DNA from: Eledone cirrhosa
Taxonomy: Eukaryota
Length of the DNA stretch: 64,000 nucleotides
Direction of reading: 5' to 3'
NCBI GenBank assembly: GCA_964016885.1
Contig: OZ024751.1
Location: forward strand, 22,382,001 to 22,446,000
Position 1 is the first letter of the stretch; every line of letters begins with the position of its first letter. Of the stretch, positions 26,878-40,244 are shown one piece after another. The position numbers and the translations under genes were made by a program. The notes under the pieces were generated by a model, which worked only from the letters and a program-made list of their open reading frames with translations, did not search any database and had not been told where the DNA came from.

Positions 26878-27245
26878 GCCTATGTTTATGATGATGTCTG
26901 TTTCATCTCAGTTCATTATGCTGGATGTTTGAGCTATGTTTATGATGACGTCTGTTTCATCTAAGTTCATTATGCTGGATGTTTGAGCTATGTTTATGAT
27001 GACGTCTGTTTCATCTATGTTCATTATGCTGGATGTTTGAGCTATGTTTATGATGACGTCTGTTTCATCTCAGTTCATTATGCTGGATGTTTGAGCTATA
27101 TTTATGATGTCGGCTGTGTGAGCTATATTTATGATGTGAGGTGTGTGAGATATATTTATGATGTCGACTGTGGGAGATATTTATGATGTGAGGTGTATTA
27201 GATATGTTTATGATGTGAGCTGTATGTACTATGTTTATGATGTTG
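26878..27245. repeat. 54-bp minisatellite decaying to 27-bp subunits
   Basis: gagctatgtttatgatgacgtctgtttcatctcagttcattatgctggatgttt, about 4 copies, then half-units. Confidence 0.9.
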
Positions 27246-27482
27246 AGTAAACTGGAGCAATGTGAAATAAAGTGTCTTGCTCAAGGAAACAACACATCAC
27301 CCGGTCCAAGAATTAAACTCACAACCTTTCAATTGCAAGCCCAATGCTCTAACCACTAAGCCATCTGCCTCCTATATATATATATATATGTATATATTTG
27401 TATGCATGTGTGTAATGTACATGTGTATATATATATATATTTATGGGTGTGTGAGTGTGGAATGTGCATGAACATGCATATA

Positions 27483-27531
<49 letters not shown>

Positions 27532-27584
27532 TAAAGTATGTCCATAGATTCATTTGATAATATATATACACCATTTCCTCTCTG

Positions 27585-27616
<32 letters not shown>

Positions 27617-28094
27617 TATATTGATATTATTTATTTGTAGATAAAGTGACACACATCCATACATATATATATACACACACATATATATATATATTTATAC
27701 ACACATATATTGATATTATTTATTTGTAGAAAAAGCGACACACATCCATACATATATATATATATACACACACACATATATATATACACACATATATTGA
27801 TATTATTTATTTGTAGATAAAGCGACATACATCCATACAAATGTGTCTCTCCCCTCAAATATGAATCAATTGTCTCCAGTATTAGTGAAGCCAAGAATAT
27901 TGTTAGAGAAACTGAAGGATTCAACAGTTTCGGTAATGAAGTTCTCTGGGAATTCTGCCAGAATTCCATTCCTATGAAGAACCCTCACTAAACAACAATA
28001 AGGTAAAGAAGAGAAAAAGGAAAGAGCTACAGCTTCTTTTTCTCTTTATTTTTCTCTTTCTTGCAATCAAGCCAATATGATTAATAATTTGTTT

Positions 28095-28930
28095 TCAGTG
28101 TTGTTGTTGTTGTCAGTGGTATTTTTGTTGGTGTTGGTTTTGTTGCTGTTGTTGTTGTTATTGTTGTTGTTAGTGGTATTTTTGTTGGTGTTGGTTTTGT
28201 TGTTGTTGTTGTTATTGTTGTTGTTGTTGTTGTTATTGTTGTTGTTGTTGTTAGTGGTATTTTTGTTGGTGTTGGTTTTGTTGTTGTTGTTATTGTTGTT
28301 GTTGTTAGTGGTATTTTTGATGGTGTTGTTGTTGTTGTTATTGTTGTTGTTGTTAGTGGTATTTTTGATGGTGTTGTTAGTGGTATTTTTGTTGGTGTTT
28401 TTTTGTTGTTGGTGGTGGTGTTAGTGGTATTTTTGTTGGTGTTTTTTTTGTTGCTGTTGTCAGTGGTGTTGGTATTTTTTTTGTGGTTTTGGAGTTGTTA
28501 TAGGTGTTGGTATTTTTTTTGTAGGTGATAGTGATGTTGATAGTGATGTTGATAGTGATGTTGATAGTGGTGTTGATAGTGGTGTTGATAGTGGTGTTGA
28601 TAGTGGTGTTGATAGTGGTGTTGTTGGTTTTGTTGTTGGTGGTGGTGATGGTTTTGTTGTTGGTGGTGGTGATGGTTTTGTTGTTGGTGGTGGTGATGGT
28701 TTTGTTGGTGGTGGTGGTGATGGTTTTGTTGGTGGGGGTTTTGTTGGTGGTGATGGTGGTGATGGTGTTGTTGGTGGTGGTGATGGTGTTGTTGGTGGTG
28801 GTGATGGTTTTCTTGGTGGTGGTGATGGTTTTGTTGTTAGTGGTATAGGTGGTATTGGTTATGTTAGTGGTTAGTGGTTGTGTTGGTGGTGGTACTGGTA
28901 TTAGTGGGGGTTGGTGTGGTGGTGGTGGTG
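28095..28930. repeat. (GTT)n/(GGT)n low-complexity tract
   Basis: Seen directly. Confidence 0.9.
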
Positions 28931-28953
28931 TTGAATTTTCTTCTGTTAGTAAA

Positions 28954-29015
<62 letters not shown>

Positions 29016-29189
29016 AATGAAAAGTATAGAAATTGTTGTAGCGAGAAGCTAACAGTATTCCATAATATATATAAAATATATATATATATAATATATATAT
29101 AATATATATATACATATATATATCATCATCATCATTTTACATCCACTTTTCCCTGCTTGCAAGGGTGGGACTGCTTGCAATATATATGT

Positions 29190-29340
29190 ATAATATTCAA
29201 TATAGAAATGGCTTCTACAAGACTAGAACTGTTTCATTCAAAGGAAATCATCAGGAAAGCCATTTCTTTATTAAATATTGTATATACTCTACTATGTAAT
29301 GAGTAGCTTACTGTGGTTACCCCCGATTGAACCTGGGATA
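29190..29340. mobile_element. Family H2 fold-back copy
   Basis: Minus 29254-29226 CTGATGA-T-TTC-CTTT-GAA-T-GAAACAGTTCT. The inverted second arm carries the family tail (..cttactgtggttacccccgattgaacctgggata) into (TA)n. Confidence 0.6.
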
Positions 29341-29489
29341 TATATATATATATATATGTTTGTTTTGCGAGGTTTTTGATATGAAATCGTGTGTCGAAAC
29401 AAATATTGTTATACTTATATATATGTATATATGAAATGTGTGCATCAGAATGCAAATGACCAAAATAAGATAACAATGGATTACTATAA

Positions 29490-29677
29490 ATAATTGTTTC
29501 TACTTTAGGCACAAGGCCAGCAATTACCCAGTGCATTACTGGTACTTTATTTTATCGACCCCGTAAGGATGAAAGGCAAAGTCAACCTCGGGGGGATTTG
29601 AACTCAGATCGTAAAGAGACGTAACTATGCTGGAAAGCATGGTGTCCGACCCTCTACCGATACTGCCAATCCACCGC
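29490..29677 (-). mobile_element. SINE A
   Basis: Matches the consensus. Confidence 0.85.
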
Positions 29678-30019
29678 ACTATAAATAATAGTTGAGAAAA
29701 TCAGGTAAACTACTTTTGCTGAGGGGCAAAGTAGACAGAGTTGCCTTTCTTGTATATATGGACATTTGTGTTAGGATGTACACATTTCACATTTTCATAT
29801 ATATAAACATTCATACATATACACACATATATATATATACATCTATACATATATATAAATACACATAATCATACACACATATAGGCATACATACATAGAT
29901 ATACACACATACATATACATATCCACATATGTATACACATACATACATAAACACATGAATACATATACATATATACACACATAGATGCATAAACTTATAT
30001 ATATATACATGTAGATACA

Positions 30020-31070
30020 TATACATACATACATACATATATGTATATAATTGGCTAATATTTCATATACATACATGTATGAATATATATATATACATAT
30101 ATTATATATACATACATATATGTATATAATTGGCTAATATTTCATATACATACATGTATGAATATATATATATACATATATTATATATACATACATATAT
30201 GTATATAAATGGCTAATATTTCATATACATACATGTATGAATATATATATATACATATATTATATATACATACATATATGTATATAAATGGCTAATATTT
30301 CATATACATACATGTATGAATATATATATATAGATATATTATATATACATACATATATGTATATAAATGGCTAATATTTCATATACATACATGTATGAAT
30401 ATATATATATACATACATATATGTATATAAATGGCTAATATTTCATATACATACATGTATGAATATATATATATACATATATTATATATACATACATATA
30501 TGTATATAAATGGCTAATATTTCATATACATACATGTATGAATATATATATATACATATATTATATATACATACATATATGTATATAAATGGCTAATATT
30601 TCATATACATACATGTATGAATATATATATATACATATATTATATATACATACATATATGTATATAATTGGCTAATATTTCATATACATACATGTATGAA
30701 TATATATATATACATATATTATATATACATACATATATGTATATAAATGGCTAATATTTCATATACATACATGTATGAATATATATATATACATATATTA
30801 TATATACATAGATATATGTATATAAATGGCTAATATTTCATATACATACATGTATGAATATATATATATATACATATATTATATATACATACATATATGT
30901 ATATAATTGGCTAATATTTCATATACATACATGTATGAATATATATATATACATATATTATATATACATACATATATGTATATAAATGGCTAATATTTCA
31001 TATACATACATGTATGAATATACATATACATATATTATATATACATACATATATGTATATGAAATATTAG
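30020..31070. repeat. 79-bp minisatellite (about 13 copies)
   Basis: ggctaatatttcatatacatacatgtatgaata.. recurs at 30053, 30132, 30211, 30290 and onward. Confidence 0.95.
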
Positions 31071-31145
31071 CCATTTATGAGCAAACAATATTTACAGAGC
31101 GATCAAGACAGAAAGAGACAATATACAAATTTGTGTACCTATTAA

Positions 31146-32135
31146 TGGTGATGGGGGTGGTGGAGGTAGTGGTGGCAATGGGGATGGGTGGATGATGGTG
31201 GTGGTGGTGGTAGTGGTGGCAATGGGGATGGGTGGATGATGGTGGTGGTGGTGGTAGTGGTGGCAATGGGGATGGTTGGATGATGGTGGTGGTGGTGGTA
31301 GTGGTGGCAATGGGGATGGGTGGATAATGGTGGTGGTGGTGGTTGTGGTGGTGGTGGTGGTGGTAGTGGTGGTAGTGGTGGTGGTGGTAGTGGTGGTGGT
31401 GGTAGTGGTGGCAATGGGGATGGGTGGATGATGGGGGTGGTGGAGGTAGTGGTGGCAATGGGGATGGGTGGATGATGGTGGTGGTGGTGGTAGTGGTGGC
31501 AATGGGGATGGGTGGATGATGGTGGTGGTGGTGGTGGTGGTGGTGGTGGTAGTGGTGGTGGTGGTGGTAGTGGTGGTGATGATGGTGATCAAGATGGTAA
31601 TGGTTGGTTGGTAGTAAAGGTGGTGATGCTGATGCTGATGATGGTGGTGATGATTGTGGCATCAACGAGGTTGATGGTGGTGGTGGTGGTGGTGGTGGTG
31701 GTAGTGGTGGAAGTGGTAGTGGTGGTGATGAAGATGGTGATGGTGATGGTGATGATGGTGGTGATGATTGTGGCATCAATGAGGTCGATGATGGTGGTGG
31801 TGGAAGTGGTAGTGGTGGTGGTGATGAAAATGGTAATGGTTGGTGGTGATGGTGATGGTGATGATGATTGTGGCATCAATGAGGTCGATGATGGTGATGG
31901 TAGTGGTGGTGGTAGTGGTGGTGGTGGTAGTGGTGGTGATGATGTTGATGAAGATGATAATGGTTGGTAGTAAAGGTGGTGATGGTGATGGTGATGATGG
32001 TGGTGATGATTGTGGCATCAATGAGGTCGATGATGGTGGTGGTGGTGGAAGTGGTAGTGGTGATGATGATGGTGGTGGTGGTGGTGTTGGAAGTGGTAGT
32101 GGTGGTGATGATGGTGGTGGTAATGCTGCTGCTGG
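31146..32135. repeat. (GGT/GAT)n tract with higher-order units
   Basis: Seen directly. Confidence 0.9.
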
Positions 32136-32473
32136 ATAACTAAAGACTGCTCACAAAAGTCATTAATATTAACATTATGATCTTGACTTTGAGAAAATAT
32201 TGAGAAATAATTTATGAATCTCTTTTCCAATGTTTGGACAGCATCACGTTAGATTTTATATTGATGAACACCAAATATAACATTAATGGCTGACTTTTAA
32301 TACAATAGCCAGCTAATGCTCTTTCCTTACAGCTAATTTACACTTGAGTAAATATGCCTGCAGAAAATATATAAAAATATCATGCTAACTATTCTAAGAA
32401 CTTTTTCTTGCATAGAGAAATAGAGAAATATTTTTACTACTTTTCGTGTTGTTGCTGTTTATGAAGAAAAATG

Positions 32474-32509
<36 letters not shown>

Positions 32510-32844
32510 TATATATATATATATCATCATCATCATTTCATTTTACATCCGCTTTTTCCCTGCTTGTAAGGGTGGGACGGGAACTGATTCTGGCTTGATT
32601 TCTACAGCTGGATGCCCTTCCTAACACCAACCTCATTTACAGTGTGGGCTGGGTGCTTTTTTGCCGTGGCACCTCCACGATCACTTTGCAGTGGAATGAT
32701 AGGGAACCCAGTCCCTATCATCTCATTTCTACAGCTGAGTAAACTGGAGCAATGTGAAATAAAGTGTCTTGCTCAAGGAAACAACAGATCACCCGGTCTG
32801 AGAATTGAACTCACAACCTTTTGATTGCAAGGCATGTGCCTTCA

Positions 32845-33230
32845 TTCCTTCTACTGGGATTTATTGGCACTTCTTTACCCAGCAGTCCTCCTCCATGTGC
32901 ATCACATGTACATATTATGAGCACTACATCACATGTACATATTATGAGCACAACAAATGTGTGCTCATTTGTTGTGCTCATAATATGGACATGTGATGCA
33001 CATGGAGGAGGACTGCTGGGTAAAGAAGTGCCAAGAAATCCCAGTAGAAGGAAGACGTAGTAGAGGAAGACCACGAAAAACATGGGCTGAGGTGGTGAGA
33101 GCTGAGCTCAGATCGCTGATGCTCACAGAGGAGATGACGAAGGACCTCGACAAGTGGAGAGATGCTGTACTGAATAGGACCTGTCCTACCCTTGCAAGCA
33201 GGGAAAAGTGGACGTAAAATGATGATGATA
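32845..33230 (+). mobile_element. RTE-clade LINE 3' fragment with inverted duplication and (GAT)n tail
   Basis: YGHVMHMEEDCWVKKCQEIPVEGRRSRGRPRKTWAEVVRAEL..MTKDLDKWR. 32848-32965 is an inverted, partly duplicated copy of 32968-33052. Confidence 0.85.
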
Positions 33231-33239
33231 CTACATATG

Positions 33240-33335
33240 AAAAGATTCAGGACCCCGACGGCCGAGCTCCGGCCGTTTGGGGAACTAGATCCGAACTCCT
33301 TCAAGGTGCTGCATCTTTTACCGCACCTTATCTGA
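33240..33335 (-). mobile_element. Family H3 copy retaining a degenerate complete hammerhead
   Basis: Minus strand: CC-TTGAAGG-agttcggatctagttccc-CAAA-CGGCC-GGAGCTC-GGCCG-TC-GGGG. Helix III has a compensatory C-G where other copies have T-A. Confidence 0.55.
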
Positions 33336-33523
33336 TATATCATCTTCATCATCATCACCACCGTTTTACGTCCGTTCTTCCACGCTAGCATGGGTTTGAC
33401 GGGTTGTCCTGTTGTGGGCAGTGTCCGGTCGGCTGACATTGTCTTGCTCACATGGGAACTGATTCTGGCTTGATTTCTACAGCTGTATGCCCTTCCTAAC
33501 ACCAACTTCATTTGCAGTGAGTG

Positions 33524-33575
<52 letters not shown>

Positions 33576-33780
33576 ACTTATGATCATTATGTAGTGGGTT
33601 AGATTCCTGCACTGGGTAGTGTGTTATGTTCTTGAGCAAAACACTTCATTTCAAGTTGCACCATATATACTCAGCTGAAAATGAGTACCAGCAATAGCTG
33701 GGGTTTAGCCCTGCAATGGACTGGTGTCATGTCCAGGGGAAGTCTTGTACTCTCAGTCACTTCATGCTACAGAAACCAAG

Positions 33781-34068
33781 ATAATAATAATAATAATAAT
33801 AATAATAAGGAAATTATTGTGTACAGTGCTCAGGTGCACTACAACTCATCAAAGGTGTATGTATAGTACATAGAATAATATACAAATGTCAGGGAAGTGA
33901 ATAGTGTGAGTCATGATATACATGTGTGCGTGTGTATGGAGGGGGAATATCAGGTGTAGTGTTGGCGAATCTCAGCAAGCATGGAGGTTTTAAAGGATGC
34001 AGTGTCTCGACAGCTAATAACTGATGCAGGTAGTTTGTTCCATGCTTCAGCAACTCTGAGTGTGAAAA
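33781..34068 (-). mobile_element. CR1-type LINE 3' end nested in a SINE
   Basis: Minus-strand FTLRVAEAWNKLPASVISCRDTASFKTSML followed by a 3' UTR and (TTA)n tail. It interrupts the SINE at 33575-34110. Confidence 0.75.
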
Positions 34069-34539
34069 GCCAGATGAACCTCCAAGCTCAAGACAGACTT
34101 TAGACTTATCTTGACCAACCTATGAACTTTTCAGACGAACCTTGTAGATTCTGATCAACCCAAGCCTTATAAGTTGATTGAAATTGTTTAGAAGCCCATC
34201 AGATGGAGTGGACCTATAGTTTCAAAGCACCAACCTTGTCACATACTAGCTCATACTGATTCAGCTTGTGGGTTTCATTAACCTTTTCATTTTCATATTT
34301 CTAATGAAAAACACTGCCTCTAATTCCTAAATATCTTTTAAAATAATCAGCATAGAAAATCTAATGAAAAATATGATGATGATGCTGATCATCATCTTCT
34401 TTTTTGTCTTTATCTTTTGGAATACTCAGCCACTTGTTGATTGAGTAACAGATTGTTCATCATCGAAACTGATGGAAGATCAATCAATTTTTGGTCATTT
34501 TTTTAAATGTGAGTGGGGTGGTGGACGTAATGTGTTGGG

Positions 34540-35280
34540 CGTGAGGTGTGGTGTAGTGTGGTGTGGTGTGGTGTGGTGTGGTGTGTGGTGGTGTGGTGTG
34601 GTGTGGGGTGATGTGGTGTGGTGTGGTGTGGTGTGGTGTGGTGTGGTGTGGTGTGGTGTAGTGTGGTGTGGTGTGGTGTGGTGTGGTGTGGTGTGGTGTG
34701 GGGTGATGTGGTGTGGGGTGGTGTGGTGTGGTGTAGTGTAGTGTGGGGTGATGTGGTGTGGGGTGGTGTGGTGTAGTGTAGTGTAGTGTGGTGTGGGGTG
34801 GTGTGGTGTGGAGTGGGGTGATGTGGTGTGGTGTGGGGTGGTGTGGTGTGGGGTGGTGTGGTGTGGGGTGATGTGGTCTGGGGTGATGTAGTGTGGTGTG
34901 GTGGGGTGGGGTGTGGTGTGGGGTGGGGTGATGTGGTGTGGCGTAATGTGGTGTGGTGTGGGGTGATGTGGTGTGGTGTGGTGTGGGTGATGTGGTGTGG
35001 TGTGGTGTGGGGTGATGTGGGGTGATGTGGTGTGGTGTGGTGTAGTGTGGTGTGAGGTGATGTGGTGTGGTGTGGTGTGGTATGGTGTGGTGTGGTGTGG
35101 GGTGATGTGGTGTGATGTGGTGTGGGGTGATGTGGTGTGGGGTGATGTGGTGTGGTGTGGGGTGATGTGGTGTGGTGTGGGGTGATGTGGTGGATGTGGT
35201 GTGGTGTGGTGGTGTGTGGTGTGGTGGGGTGTGGTGTGAGGTGGGTGAAATGGGGGACATGGAGTGGTGGATGTGGGGTG
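34540..35280. repeat. (GTGTG)n pentanucleotide tract
   Basis: Seen directly. Confidence 0.95.
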
Positions 35281-35758
35281 TGTAGGGGTGAAGTCCTTGA
35301 TATCTATATTTGTGTAATGAGATGAGTTATTGCTTGCATCCTCAATCACCTCTATCACTAGAGAGGACTCATAATTACCAATAATTACCAATAATTGATA
35401 TCTTCATACGTGGCATAATGCCAAGTATTTGTAGGGTGGGGAGAGAGAGGGAGGGAGGCAGAGAGGGAGAAGGGAGAGAAAGGAGCAGAGAAGGAGGGGC
35501 TAAAGAGGGAGAAAAGGAGAGGAAGGGCGGGCAAATGAAAGGAGGGAGATAGGAAGGGAGAGGGGGGGGACAGATGAAGGGAGGGAGGGAGAAAGATGGA
35601 GGCAGAGAGTGAAGGGGGTAGAGAGGGAGACACAAAAGGAGGGAGAGAGGGCGATACATCCAGAGTCAATTGTATTGATTACACTGTTCACTGGGAGCTT
35701 GTTTTATTGATTGAAGAAAGTTAAAAGGCAGAGTTGATTGTGACGAGATTTTACATTA

Positions 35759-35833
35759 TATTGGGTCGTCAAGTATGAAATTTGTAGAAATTTGTTTGTT
35801 TTTTCTACAAATTTCATACTTGACAACCGAATA
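35759..35833. mobile_element. Palindromic mariner-type MITE; second copy at 51149-51231
   Basis: tattgggtcgtcaagtatgaaatttgtagaaa..tttctacaaatttcatacttgacaaccgaata. Confidence 0.7.
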
Positions 35834-36032
35834 CATAGATATAGGTGGGGGGGGGGGGGATAGGTTAAAAAAATGGGAATTAGGTGGAGAGAGGGAGGGA
35901 AAAGGAAAGGAGAGAATGGAGTAAATAGTGGGAGAGAGAGAGAGAGAGAGAGAGAGACAGTAAGAGAGGGACATGGAAGAGAGAGGGGCAGAGAGAAAGA
36001 GGAAAAGGGAGAGATGGATAGAGTGAAAAAGA

Positions 36033-36220
36033 TAATTGTTTCTACTTTTGGCACAAGGCCACCAATTATCCCAGTGTATTACTGGTACTTTATTTTATCG
36101 ATCCCGTAAGGATGAAAGGCAAAGTTAACCTCGGCGGGACTTGAACTCAGACTATAAAGGGACGTAACTCTATGCATCAAAGCATGGCGTCCGACCCTCT
36201 ACCGATACTGCCAATCCACC
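36033..36220 (-). mobile_element. SINE A
   Basis: Matches the consensus. Confidence 0.85.
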
Positions 36221-36237
36221 AATGATAGATGGTTATA

Positions 36238-36275
<38 letters not shown>

Positions 36276-36427
36276 ATTATGCTAATTGGTAGAGGAAATA
36301 GTATATATTTTATCTTGTGATTCTATAGACATGTTTTATGATATATATATGTATATGTATATATATATATATGTATACATATATGTATATGTATATATAT
36401 ATATATATGTATATATATATCGATATC

Positions 36428-37320
36428 AGGAGGTGTGTCAGAAAAGTTCCAGGACTGATGCCACAAAAGGTTTATTTCAAACCCAAATTTCACACATAAG
36501 AGTTTTCTCCTTCAAAGTAATCCCCCTGGAGTATGTAACTGTAATCTTAGCTCTCTGCAGCGATCAAACTTTTTTCTTCATAATTTTATATACATGTCCT
36601 CTGTTTCAGGTCGTCAAGCAATGAGCACAGAGCAACAAACAAACTTGCAGTTTCTGATACGGTTGGGGAAAACTCCGTCAAAAGCACTGGGATTGCTGCA
36701 GCAAGTGTATGGAGATGAGACGATGTCACGCTCACGTGTTTTTGAGTGGTACAAGAGGTTTAAAGAAGGCGCGAGGACATGGAAGATGACTCCAGGAGCG
36801 GAAGACCCTCAACAACCAGAACTGAGGTCAATGTTGAGCGCGTCAGGCAGATGGTGCGTAGTGATCGTTGGCTGACTGTTCGACTGATGGCAAATGAGCT
36901 GGGCATGAATCGGGACAGCGTCTGGAAGATTCTCACTGAAGATTTGGACATGCGGAAAGTCTGTGCGAAGATGGTGACAAAACTGCTGAATGATGACCAG
37001 AAGGGTCTACGCATGCAAGTGTGCCAGGACATCTTCGAGCATCTTAAAACTGAACCAGACTTGCTAGGGACAGTCATCACCGGTGATGAGTCATGGATCT
37101 TCGAATACGACCCGGAGGGGACCCGTTTCGAGGTGTGTCAGAAAAGTTCCAGGACTGATGTCACAAAAGATTTATTTCAAACCCAAACTTCACACTAAGA
37201 GTTTTCTCCTCCAAAGTAATCCCCCTGGAGTCTAATGCACTTTTTCATCCTTTTCTGCTTGCATGCACTCCTGGAAGGATTCTCCGCAGTTCCGTCGTCA
37301 TGGCCTTTTTAATATCATTG
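36428..37320 (+). mobile_element. Defective, rearranged mariner transposon
   Basis: From ATG 36621: MSTEQQTNLQFLIRLGKTPSKAL..VYGDETMSRSRVFEWYKRFKEG, a frameshift, then EDDSRSGRPST..RKVCAKMVTKLL..TGDESWIFEYDPE fused to GTRFE. The C-terminus (KCIRLQGDYF) lies on the opposite strand. The terminal sequence GAGGTGTGTCAGAAAAGTTCC occurs at about 36430 and 37130. Confidence 0.92.
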
Positions 37321-37411
37321 TTATTATACTCCAGAAAACTTGTCGAGTGCTCTGAATCAGTTATAAACATTTATATTTATTGAATTACCAACAAATTGAA
37401 TATCCCTTTTG

Positions 37412-37513
<102 letters not shown>

Positions 37514-38087
37514 AAAAGTTAGAGGGAAGGAGTGAGAGTGGTTAAGGTGGTGACACAGAAAGCTAAACTTTCTAAAGGAATTTAGTTGGTGAAAGTGGGT
37601 GAAAGGGTAGGGTTTCCCCTTTTCCATTCCACCACTCCACACCGCTCTCCTGTCCTCTCCTCTGCCTGCACTACATTCTAACAATAATTACAAACAATAA
37701 AATCTCCATTAAACTAATGAAACAATTTGAATATATGAATATGCAATAAATACAACAATAAAAACAACAAAACAAACAAAAAAACGCCCTCCCCAAAACA
37801 AAACAAAAAGAATTACAAACACAAAACAACTACAACAACAAAATCCTTTCTCATTTTCATACCAATTAAGTGAGACCACTGTATGTATTGGCATTTATCA
37901 CAAAACAACAACAACAACAAAGACCAATAAGACACCCCCAGCACACAAACAACAACAACTACAACAATAATAAGAATAGAAAGCTTTGTTGTTGTGTGGA
38001 CTAAGAAGATTTAATGAATAATTAATTAAATTAAGTAGAAAATTATCTCAGCTTCAATTTTACACTTGTAGGAGGTAATCTTCCCTG

Positions 38088-38150
<63 letters not shown>

Positions 38151-38169
38151 TGTATGTATGTATATATGA

Positions 38170-38208
<39 letters not shown>

Positions 38209-38360
38209 TACATCAACAATACAATTTAGACTAGTAGGAGATAATCTTTGCCATTCTATACATATATTATATATTATATATGTTTAAAGTAAATTTTTCA
38301 GGGCCATACAAATGTCACCAGAATGTGTGGCAGACTTAAGACAGTAATATATGTACATAT

Positions 38361-38415
<55 letters not shown>

Positions 38416-38549
38416 TAGCGTGGAAGATGGATGTTAAAAGATGATGAAAGCAGCGATTCTTTGCTTAAACTTTAATCTGTTATTTTAATAAATATACACA
38501 CACACATATATATATATATATATACATATATATACATACGTATATATAC

Positions 38550-38589
<40 letters not shown>

Positions 38590-38845
38590 ACATATATATA
38601 CATACATATATATATATATACATATATATACATACATATATATATATATATATACATATATATACATACATATATACATATATATACATACATATATACA
38701 TATATATACATACATATATACATATATATACATACATATATACATATATATACATACATATATACATATATATACATACATATATATATATATACATACA
38801 TATATATATATACATATATATACATACATATATATATACATATAT

Positions 38846-38888
<43 letters not shown>

Positions 38889-38990
38889 TATACATACATA
38901 TATATATATATATACATACATATATATATATATATGTATATAAACATATATAGATACATATATATATACATATATATACATATATACATG

Positions 38991-39027
<37 letters not shown>

Positions 39028-39231
39028 ATATATATATACATATATATATGTATACACCCAATACACTCTGTAAAGTGGTTGGTGATAGGAAGGACATCCA
39101 ACTGTATAAACCCTGCCACATAAAGGGCAGGAGGACTCTTTAACTGTGTTCATTCAATGATTTGAAGAAGAAATATCGATAGAAAACATATTCATATCTT
39201 ACAAAAGTATTATTATGTAGCATAATAATCC

Positions 39232-39690
39232 CTTTACGATCTGAGTTCAAATCCCGCCGAGGTTGACTTTGCCTTTCATCCTTACGGGGTCGATAAAATA
39301 AAGTACCAGTAATACACTGGGTAATTACTGGCCTTGTGCCAAAAGTAGAAAAATTATTATGTAGCATAACCAGAATCATAAGATTTTGCACTAAATTACA
39401 GCATTTAAACTGGTCCCCTAACTCTCGGGTGAATTCTCATGTGAATTCTCATGTGAATTCTCTCATGAGCTTTCTACCACATGTAGGAATCAATATTTAA
39501 TTGTTTCTACTTTTGGCACAAGGCCAGCAATTACCCCAGTACATTACTGGTGCTTTATATTATCAACCCCGTAAGGATGAAAGGCTAAGTCAACCTTGGT
39601 GGGATTTGAACTCAGAATCCAAAGGGCCATAACTTTATGCTACAAAGCATGGTGTCTGACACTCTACTGATACTGCCGATCCACTGCCCT
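39232..39690. mobile_element. Inverted pair of SINE A copies (39232-39358 plus, 39498-39690 minus)
   Basis: Tail-to-tail copies ending about 50 nt from the S2 donor. Confidence 0.85.
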
Positions 39691-39740
39691 TCTAGAAATC
39701 AATATTTAATGATATTTAACAATATTGAATCTATACTTAC

Positions 39741-40007
39741 AGTTGAAGCTGACATTGCGTGTATTGACGATCTGTTTTAGAGGATGTGTACCGTTGCAGG
39801 TGCATGACGAGATGTTCAGGTGTTTACTGAACTCCAATAAAACAGATACCTCTGAAACACCCATATAATTCAGACTTCCACATGTTAATTGTAGATTTGC
39901 TTCTGGATTTCCACCTTTCCATGCACATACTACAGTTAGTGTTTCGTTACCGTATAAAGATTCATTTGGGCCTACAACTTTCATTTCCGGACGTCCAATT
40001 GGAGGAT
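39741..40007 (-). CDS. Internal exon (short-type Ig-like domain, S2)
   Basis: Acceptor cttatattttaAG|, donor |GTAAGT, 267 nt, phase 1-1: YPPIGRPEMKVVGPNESLYGNETLTVVCAWKGGNPEANLQLTCGS...SKHLNISSCTCNGTHPLKQIVNTRNVSFN. Aligns without gaps to S1 and S3. Confidence 0.92.
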
Positions 40008-40208
40008 CTTAAAATATAAGATAGAATAGAATTAATAAATAATTTAAAAGAATGTAGAACAAAATAACTAAAAATATTGGTCAGTGTAGTACTTTAAATA
40101 GGTACTTTATTAAATCAGTATTTTATTTTAGTGACACCAAAAAGCAGGAGTTGAACACAGTTCTTTCTTTTCTGACTATCTTTCTATTTTTTAAAATCTT
40201 TTCTTCTA

Positions 40209-40244
40209 TTTTCTGATGAAGAACTAACGTCTGAAATATTAAAA
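40209..40244 (+). ncRNA. Minimal hammerhead motif (H1, copy 3)
   Basis: TTTT-CTGATGA-AGA-ACTAACG-TCT-GAAA-TA-TT-AAAA. Pairing is kept in helix I (TTTT/AAAA), helix II (AGA/TCT) and the helix III palindrome (ATAT instead of ACGT). Shared tail to about 40330. Confidence 0.65.

Noticed and set aside
27840-28010. Unique-looking island as the missing L exon; also 35281-35430
   Set aside because: The frames examined give no Ig motifs, and the minus strand lacks a matching AG/GTAAG pair of suitable size.
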